From a virus: a stretch of DNA of 64,000 nt. The DNA lies in IMG/VR virus record IMGVR_UViG_3300021519_000916, positions 72,507 through 136,506 of that record; one strand, 5' to 3'. Positions within the stretch are counted from its first letter, which is position 1. The number at the start of each line of letters is the position of its first letter. The position numbers were made by a program, and so were the translations under genes. The notes under the pieces are model-generated. The model had not been told where the DNA came from. It searched no databases and saw only the letters and a program-made list of their open reading frames with translations. Shown in pieces: positions 57,219 through 64,000 of the stretch.

Positions 57219-57767
57219 ACCACCACCACTGGCACCTTGTCGTGTACTTTGACCACCAATACCCGGAGATCCACCACTTGCCGATATTTGCCCGGCACGA
57301 CCTCTAACTGTACTTGCACCACCTATGCCACCTTGCGGTGCTTGCGATGTTTCACCAATGATTGCAGCACCCAGTCCGCCGGCGCCAACACCTATTGTGA
57401 GTGTTTCGCCCGGTATTACTTTCATTTTTTGTTCAATGTAATATCCACCCGAGCCACCACCACCGCCACCCGAGCCGGGTCCAAATGCTGTGCCGCCACC
57501 TCCGCCACCTCCACCTGCAGACATGTTAACAGAGATCTCATGGATGCCCGGTGGTACTTTAAATGCATATGGCGCGGGGCAAATCCAAAAATCAACTCCG
57601 GCACTAGGATAAAATTGATACCAAACGCCGTTTTCTTTTACATATCCTGCTTTTAAATCGTTCCATTTTGGTGTTCCGCCGGGCAAGGTAGCACGAACAC
57701 TTGGTGCTGACACCTCAACCCACTTGCCATTTTTCTTAACAAATATGCCACGATCTTTTGATGACAT
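56847..57767 (-). CDS. Gly-rich tail adhesin N-half fused to CFI-box-CTERM-like domain
   Basis: YVKENGVW, FKVPPGI..GGGGGG..VIPGETLTIGVGAGG; GGGGGCCVISSAL; TM helix plus RRKK. Confidence 0.7.
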   Translation of the reverse strand: MSSKDRGIFVKKNGKWVEVSAPSVRATLPGGTPKWNDLKAGYVKENGVWYQFYPSAGVDFWICPAPYAFKVPPGIHEISVNMSAGGGGGGGGTAFGPGSGGGGGGSGGYYIEQKMKVIPGETLTIGVGAGGLGAAIIGETSQAPQGGIGGASTVRGRAGQISASGGSPGIGGQSTRQGASGGGGGCCVISSALAEKQIWSQKDKFDLIDWCEKYLHNTWWGEMFRRGYQVLGSKLVVPHMKRNDSLWSKYITWAFNNGTNLVRGKKFAWLSLPSTIIWISGFMLVGAVVTKDYATKCWINLYRRKK

Positions 57768-57771
57768 TATG

Positions 57772-59409
57772 TTATCCTATGGTAAACCAAAAATCACCAT
57801 CGTCGCCGGCAGCATTGTTTGTACTAGATATTACGCTTGATACATTACCCGGCAAGCCTGTTGCCACTGTAAAATTAAATTGTTTACCGGCTATAGCAGA
57901 AGTAACAAATCCTGTTGTGGCTATTTTAGTGCTGTTGTCGTTTGCATCTGGAGTAACTGAGCGTGGGTAAACATTACCGGCTAATGTAAACTCTGGGCCT
58001 GCAATATTAGCTTTTATTGTTGTAGCATTGAGTAAATTTGTGGCCGCTTCTGCTTTGTTAGTGTCAAGTTGAGTTTGATAATCCTGTTGCATTATGTATG
58101 CTCGAGTATCAACATATTGACTTGATGCCGCCAATGAATTATTTGATTGCGGTGTTAATGCCGGTACTTGTACTACCCCGGTAAACGTTGGGTTATTAAT
58201 TGGCGCTAACAAAGGTAATGAATGTGCCAAGACACCAATGTTTGCCACAATACCGGCTACATTTGCTGTAAGTGTATTATTAACTGTTGTTAAATTTGAT
58301 GATACACTTGTAACATTGGCATTAATTGCACTATGTACAGCATCAAGATTAGCATTAGTTGATGCAACAACCACTGTTATGTTGGCAAAGTAATCTTGTC
58401 GTAATTGATCAACTGATGTTTCTAATTGGTCTGTGGATACGCCAATAGCTGTAAGAGTAGATGATAGTGTAGTATCAACATATCCTTTAGTTGCAACGCC
58501 TTTAGTTGATATAGGGTCTCCGGCTACATATAATAAACCGCTGGATCCATCTATTACTAATGCTTTGGTATTTCCTGTTATTGGCAAATTTACATAAGTT
58601 TCAATATTACCGGAAAGATATTTATTTTGTAATACCAATGAGTTATTAGTAAATCTAATATTTGCATTAGTTAATACTAAATTGCCAGTTACAGCAACAT
58701 CTTGTGCAAATGTTTGATTAATATCTTGACGTGCAAAGACTGTTGGAACTAAATTTCCAACAGTGACACTATTTGTTGCTGTTCCGTTGAATATACTATA
58801 ACTTGGTATGTTAACACCTTTACTAATATTGCCAAATCCGTTTATAGCATCCGCCATTGTAAATGTAGTATTACTGGTAATTGACATTAAATTACCATTT
58901 TTGTAATGATTTACAACTAGATGTAGTACCGACGATGTATCTAATATAGTCTCAACTATTGCGCCACTTTTACCTTGTGATGCTGGTGTTGCTGGGCCAA
59001 TTGTAAACCAAGTTGACCCAGTCCACGTTTTTAATTGTGTGTTGGTTGTATCCCACCACTGGTCACCAATGTTTGTTGCAGTAGGTGCTGCGTTGGCTAC
59101 AATTCGACCATTAACTTGAATAAACGTTGCACCATTGTATACTTTTAATAAATTAGTGCCAGTGTCCCACCACAATGTTCCTGTCAGTGGAAGAATGGCC
59201 GTTACACTTGAATTTGGCGGTATAGAGGCCGCAAAGTTTTCTAGTAGTCTAACAAAATTTTCGTTTTGTACTTCGCCAAAGCCAGTGTAGTTACGACCAA
59301 TTAATGTTAATCCAGTGGTAGTATCAGCGGTTCCATCTAACAATGCGCCCGAGGGCATTGTAGGGGTTACTAATGCACTACCGTCACTTTTATTAATAAT
59401 ATAGCTCAT
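57772..59409 (-). CDS. Tail fibre/baseplate-attached fibre protein
   Basis: Shared N-terminus LTLIGRNYTGFGE..NENF..LLENFA; APINNPTFTG and DNSTKIATT.FV fibre repeats; GDFWF. Confidence 0.8.
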   Translation of the reverse strand: MSYIINKSDGSALVTPTMPSGALLDGTADTTTGLTLIGRNYTGFGEVQNENFVRLLENFAASIPPNSSVTAILPLTGTLWWDTGTNLLKVYNGATFIQVNGRIVANAAPTATNIGDQWWDTTNTQLKTWTGSTWFTIGPATPASQGKSGAIVETILDTSSVLHLVVNHYKNGNLMSITSNTTFTMADAINGFGNISKGVNIPSYSIFNGTATNSVTVGNLVPTVFARQDINQTFAQDVAVTGNLVLTNANIRFTNNSLVLQNKYLSGNIETYVNLPITGNTKALVIDGSSGLLYVAGDPISTKGVATKGYVDTTLSSTLTAIGVSTDQLETSVDQLRQDYFANITVVVASTNANLDAVHSAINANVTSVSSNLTTVNNTLTANVAGIVANIGVLAHSLPLLAPINNPTFTGVVQVPALTPQSNNSLAASSQYVDTRAYIMQQDYQTQLDTNKAEAATNLLNATTIKANIAGPEFTLAGNVYPRSVTPDANDNSTKIATTGFVTSAIAGKQFNFTVATGLPGNVSSVISSTNNAAGDDGDFWFTIG

Positions 59410-59412
59410 AGT

Positions 59413-60093
59413 TTATCCGTTCGAACTTAGGTTAGTTAATGTTTGAATACGCACGGTATAATCAATTTGAATAAGTCTGTTAAGAGATTTTTGCACTGGA
59501 TGGAATACTACGTGTGTAAGCAACAAACCAGTTGATGTTAAACCTGTTGTATTATCAGTACTGCGGCCACGTAAACCCAATTCGTCAAACACATACTCTC
59601 CGTTAATTGTTTGGCTATTGTCAAACAATGCCTGACCACTTGGCTCACCGTAATCTAGTAGACAACTAACTAAAATGTCAGTATAAACTGTGCCCGGAAT
59701 ATGGGTAACAGCCATTTTATTATTAACCGGATCCGGATTGGCTATTGCTGTATTATCAACAATTTTACTGTATGTTGGATTATATAAATTTGTATTTTGC
59801 CCCACTGTATTAGTTGGAAGATATGTAATAATACCAGTTGGGTCAACAGATGTCCCGCCATTACCAAACGTCATTTCGTATATAAAGTTCTGGCTTTTAT
59901 TTGCAATAGAGTTTGCAAGTGCTATAGAGAAATTTTCATAGTGAATTGCATTTGGTTTGTCTATAAAGACTTCCCCAGTAGTAGGATCATGTATTTTAAT
60001 ATGACCCCGTAGGTAAATTCCAGATGATTCGTCTGGGCGTTTTTGTGTATTTTCCACTACTTGTTCCTCGTTTTGATCTAACTTTGTATTCAT
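59413..60093 (-). CDS. Baseplate/structural protein
   Basis: GHIKI.D...NAIHYEN...FGNGG...LDYGEP...FDELGL...HVVFHPVQKS; ATAAATA at 60099-60105 favours start 60093. Confidence 0.65.
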   Translation of the reverse strand: MNTKLDQNEEQVVENTQKRPDESSGIYLRGHIKIHDPTTGEVFIDKPNAIHYENFSIALANSIANKSQNFIYEMTFGNGGTSVDPTGIITYLPTNTVGQNTNLYNPTYSKIVDNTAIANPDPVNNKMAVTHIPGTVYTDILVSCLLDYGEPSGQALFDNSQTINGEYVFDELGLRGRSTDNTTGLTSTGLLLTHVVFHPVQKSLNRLIQIDYTVRIQTLTNLSSNG

Positions 60094-60104
60094 ATCAGTA
60101 TTTA

Positions 60105-63100
60105 TCATGGTGTATATCCTGGCGATGCTTTCAAGAATGTAGCTTGTGCTGTAACGCTGTTTATTAGTCCCGTTCCATCTGATGGTGTTGATCCACCCAA
60201 TGTGTACCAAGCATTTGCTTTTGTTACTTGTGTGTTTGCTGTTACTGTTACGTTACCTGCAGAATTAACAGTACCAATCACAGTCGGTTGCCCAATTACG
60301 TTGGCAGAATTTATTGCACCATTGATTCTAATGGTATTGCCACTTAAATTCGTTACAGTACCGCTTATTTTAATAACCGCTACATTTGCTGTTGATACTA
60401 CGTTACCCAATACTTTTAAGTTTGCAGCCACTGTAGCATTACCAAAACGTTGTGTTATGTAATCACCAATGTTAGCTGTAATATTAGATGTTAACTGCAA
60501 TTTCAACGATACGTTTCCAGTTGATGTATATGTTACATTAGCAGAGCCAATGTTGCTTTGGTATGATGCCGAATACGGGATTTCTTGCGTTATTCCCGAA
60601 TCAACAACACGAGCATTTGCAGAATGTACACTATTTGGGCTTGTACCATTGACTGCACGTCGAATACGTCCCAATGAGTTAACGTTTATCAATTGAAGAT
60701 TTGCTGAAATATTTGCAAAAGTTTCATGATATACATTACCTGTGGTTATATACGTGTTGGACTGCACATTCCCATTTGTTAATATAATATTAGCTAGATT
60801 TCCATACGATACCAACGAACCTGTGTCAACTAATAAGTTTGATGTCCACGGTACAATTGTTTCCTTTGCATAATTTCTATAGTACGCAATCTTTTCACTA
60901 TTGATGTATACAATACCAGGAATTGCCAGAGTTGGATTTGGTGAGGGCAATTTTGTTGCACTTGTAACGTGAATAGTATTGGCCAGCAATGTTAAATTAG
61001 AACTTAGTGTTGTGGTATTTGCAGTGGCAATACGATAAAATGTATTGTGCGTATCGTCCATTCCGCTGAATATTCTAAATGCATAATCATTTGTACCCGG
61101 GGATACATTTGAAAATACTTTAATAGTTAAACTATCAAACATACAGCCCGGGACTAATTCTTCCGGAGCATGGCTACTAAAGACTGTTATATATCCGCCA
61201 CCATCAACAATTATTTCACTAGGATCAACTCCCAGTGTATCTGTATATTGACTTGAAATAATTGAATCAATTGTGCCGCCTATAAAAGTATTTCCGTCAA
61301 CTATTACGCCAGGGTATGCAATACCCGGAGTAGTAATTTTTAAATCTATGTTACCATTGTATGCAATAATACGATCACTTGAATTTGTAAATGTATCTGC
61401 AGAAATAGTCGACACATACGAGATTGGGAATGTAATGTTAGATGATATTGTATGTGTATTTGATAATTTATACAATTTATCTTGCATAACAATAATTGAA
61501 TTTGTACCAATCACTTGCCCAACATTGGAGCTAGTTAACGTATCCCAGAACACAAATGTATTTGGATTTGTATATGTAGTACGATCAAATTTAATGTCTG
61601 TCCTAATACTTCTAACCACATTGTGGCCATTATTACTACCATCATAAATGTTACGTAATATTGCACGGGCTCTGGCACCGGTACCAGCACCGTTTATAGT
61701 AATAGACGGAGTAGAAGTATATTCTTTACCTGGATTTGTTATTACAATATTTGTTACACCGCCGTTTTCGTTTAGCACAGCATAGGCAGTGGCACCACTT
61801 GAGGCTGCTCCTTCAATAACAACTTGTGGAGGTACTATATACCCTTCTCCGCTGTCTTCTACTAGAATATCTACTATTTTATATTTGTAATTACTGTGCC
61901 ATTGTGAGTATATTCCGCTAGTCAATAAAGCAGAATCGTACGGTTGCTCACCGCTTGGGCTTCTATACACTTGTAATACTTCATCCCAGTACGACGGCAA
62001 ATCAAAGTCTGTAATATCACTACCGTATGTATCGTTACCAATATAGTCAATAACAAACTCTCGCACAACAGAACGATATGGTTTAACTTCTTCTATATAG
62101 CTTAGGTAGAAACTTTGGTTGTCAGGAATATAACTTGGGAATTCTTCTAACTTACGAATACGCTGTATTGCGGTAATAAAGCTAGTTTTAAATATCCAAT
62201 CAAGATTTTTTTGTTCTGATAAAATGTACTTAATAGTAGTAAAAAACACTTTGTTAAATTTATCAGCTAAGTCATTTATAAATATTTCATTTTGCAATGC
62301 TGTTAAAATATTACGTAATTCTAAGCCCGGAATCACACCAGTACTAAGTTGAACAGTACCAGCTTGTACTCCAACAAGTTCTAGTATACCAACAGTATTA
62401 ACATAATACACAACAAATTTGCCGTTACCAGCATCTAATACTAATATATAGGTATTTGGTACTAACGTTAATTTACCTAAATCAAGTTGAGTATTAACTG
62501 TTACATCCGGAGTTGATGTTGGATCGTATGAACTATCGTACCAATCGGCATACGACCAGTATAAATTAGTTTTATATGCTTGTATACGTGATAATACAAA
62601 ATTCTTTGTAGAATTCAACGTATATATTGTCCATTTGTTTTGTTTTGTAATATCGCTTTCAACTAATACTTTGTATCCCACTGCCAAGGTTGTGGTATCT
62701 AGATATGATAATTCAATATTATCTGTTACTGCTTCGTTCCACTCTCCTGTACCGGCTGCTGGCGCAATTTCTTCGGCATTTAATGTTGTTAAAACTTTAC
62801 GCTCTACTACAGGATAATCTAGTAGGTATTGATTTGCTAAAAGTAAATAATTTAGTAACGCCAATTCTTTATCTACTACCATAGTTTGACGCGGTCTAAT
62901 ATCTAGTCCGTAACGTTGACTAACTGGTAATAATGGATCTGGCACAGCGTTTCCGGCACTATCAATTCCAGCAATACTATCTACTAACTTATTAAGTATA
63001 TTTGGTGGTATACGGCTAGCTGGATTTCCTTCTTGTACTAATGCATATTCGCTATGAATTAAATTTGTGTCTTCTTTATGTGTCGAGAAATGTGCTACAC

Positions 63101-64000
63101 TATTTTGTCCAATTAATTTGTCTGTTATGTTATATAATGCAATAGAATTATCTTTCATTACTGCTGCATATGGCACATTTTGACTTTGCGGATCTTTAAT
63201 TACATTTGTTAATCCAATGATACTATTAGTTTTTCCTATAGATGTAGCAACGGTGTTTATACCAGTTACCCAAAAATAATATTTAACATGGACTGATCCG
63301 GATTCGGTTACGTACCCATACGTACTATACCGAGAAGTACTATTGTTAGCATATAACGGAGTACCTTCACCACCAAATTCTACATACTGGCTTGGACGAA
63401 CGTTACTCTCTACCCATTGGTATACATCGATACTACTTCCCGGAAATAATTTCCCCCAATTATTTAATCTATAAATTAGAGGGCCTTGCTCGTAATCTAT
63501 GTATCGTGCAGTATCAAGATTCCACCAAATTTTTCCAACTTGAGTTGGCCCCCAATGGTAATCGGCGCTGGTTGCTGTGGGGCCAACATTGTACGCTGCA
63601 GGATCAATTGCACATTGGTAATCAATGTTTTCTGCAGCAAAATTTAATAATTTTCCTTTTGCGTGATCAACATAGTCAAGTGCGGCTAAAATGTTATTAT
63701 CTGTTTTATTAAAAATAAGTATTCTACCAATGCTATTAGTATCTACTTTAGGCTGTTGTTCACGAGTCATTGTCCATGCAGTTGACCCTGTTAGATTATT
63801 AAACAGGTAAACTGTACCACTGTTGGATGTTTTAATTGCTAAGTTTGCATATCGTTCATCGTGTCCCGGTGCACCAACAACAATTACATTGCCAACTATG
63901 TCTACCGCTGTTCCATATAAATCTTGTGCAAGTAGTTGCGATTCAAGTTGCTGTGTGTATACATAGTGTCCCACTGTGTTAGTAATAGTACTATCAATTA
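60105..64000 (-). CDS. Very large baseplate wedge/tail structural protein (5' truncated by window edge)
   Basis: Frame open to window end; FG-GAP-like VVGAP, VKPY, G.GY...P.V.I.G repeats, HAPEELVPG. Confidence 0.75.
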   Translation of the reverse strand, partial: IDSTITNTVGHYVYTQQLESQLLAQDLYGTAVDIVGNVIVVGAPGHDERYANLAIKTSNSGTVYLFNNLTGSTAWTMTREQQPKVDTNSIGRILIFNKTDNNILAALDYVDHAKGKLLNFAAENIDYQCAIDPAAYNVGPTATSADYHWGPTQVGKIWWNLDTARYIDYEQGPLIYRLNNWGKLFPGSSIDVYQWVESNVRPSQYVEFGGEGTPLYANNSTSRYSTYGYVTESGSVHVKYYFWVTGINTVATSIGKTNSIIGLTNVIKDPQSQNVPYAAVMKDNSIALYNITDKLIGQNSVAHFSTHKEDTNLIHSEYALVQEGNPASRIPPNILNKLVDSIAGIDSAGNAVPDPLLPVSQRYGLDIRPRQTMVVDKELALLNYLLLANQYLLDYPVVERKVLTTLNAEEIAPAAGTGEWNEAVTDNIELSYLDTTTLAVGYKVLVESDITKQNKWTIYTLNSTKNFVLSRIQAYKTNLYWSYADWYDSSYDPTSTPDVTVNTQLDLGKLTLVPNTYILVLDAGNGKFVVYYVNTVGILELVGVQAGTVQLSTGVIPGLELRNILTALQNEIFINDLADKFNKVFFTTIKYILSEQKNLDWIFKTSFITAIQRIRKLEEFPSYIPDNQSFYLSYIEEVKPYRSVVREFVIDYIGNDTYGSDITDFDLPSYWDEVLQVYRSPSGEQPYDSALLTSGIYSQWHSNYKYKIVDILVEDSGEGYIVPPQVVIEGAASSGATAYAVLNENGGVTNIVITNPGKEYTSTPSITINGAGTGARARAILRNIYDGSNNGHNVVRSIRTDIKFDRTTYTNPNTFVFWDTLTSSNVGQVIGTNSIIVMQDKLYKLSNTHTISSNITFPISYVSTISADTFTNSSDRIIAYNGNIDLKITTPGIAYPGVIVDGNTFIGGTIDSIISSQYTDTLGVDPSEIIVDGGGYITVFSSHAPEELVPGCMFDSLTIKVFSNVSPGTNDYAFRIFSGMDDTHNTFYRIATANTTTLSSNLTLLANTIHVTSATKLPSPNPTLAIPGIVYINSEKIAYYRNYAKETIVPWTSNLLVDTGSLVSYGNLANIILTNGNVQSNTYITTGNVYHETFANISANLQLINVNSLGRIRRAVNGTSPNSVHSANARVVDSGITQEIPYSASYQSNIGSANVTYTSTGNVSLKLQLTSNITANIGDYITQRFGNATVAANLKVLGNVVSTANVAVIKISGTVTNLSGNTIRINGAINSANVIGQPTVIGTVNSAGNVTVTANTQVTKANAWYTLGGSTPSDGTGLINSVTAQATFLKASPGYTP

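Noticed and set aside
55696-57230. Canonical intein/Hint domain after GGGG|C
   Set aside because: No TxxH block B or terminal HN motif; the domain looks helical with a TM segment, unlike the beta-rich Hint fold
1-64000. Stop-codon reassignment, as seen in some large phages
   Set aside because: Code 11 gives full-length, tightly packed genes with conserved ends, and TAA, TAG and TGA all serve as stops
1-64000. tRNA/rRNA genes or transposases
   Set aside because: Intergenic gaps are short, and none showed a cloverleaf/T-loop pattern, terminal inverted repeats or transposase motifs by eye

Overview
This window is a 64 kb, AT-rich, densely coding segment of a large tailed dsDNA phage (T4-like/jumbo myovirus style, standard genetic code). 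It is not bacterial chromosome. The + strand (1-30.5 kb) carries ADP-heptose genes (hldE-like kinase, hldD), a short DegT aminotransferase, a 7-deazaguanine set (folE, PRTase, queD, MazG-like, queE), RNase H-like exonuclease, SleB-type hydrolase, a nuclease/methylase cassette, an early-gene region with repeated sigma70 promoters, a MoxR AAA+/VWA pair, DHFR, thymidylate synthase, and an epimerase/DegT pair; an adenylating ligase lies on the - strand within this block. The - strand (30.4-64 kb) carries baseplate and tail-fibre genes, followed by a ~17-20 kb translationally coupled operon: glycosyltransferases, six N-terminal-twitch radical SAM paralogs, SGNH-like proteins, a carbamoyltransferase and an APS-kinase fusion. 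Top leads are: (1) this operon as a phage glycan synthesis/tailoring system next to the tail genes; (2) a preQ1-I-like pseudoknot riboswitch candidate in the queD leader, with a smaller one before folE; (3) a Gly-rich tail adhesin split into two genes, each ending in a duplicated CFI-box-like Cys/membrane-anchor domain; (4) a split GmrSD-like + HNH + MTase + GIY-YIG cassette. No tRNA, rRNA, CRISPR array or transposase was seen. All calls come from motif recognition by eye; no database searches were run.
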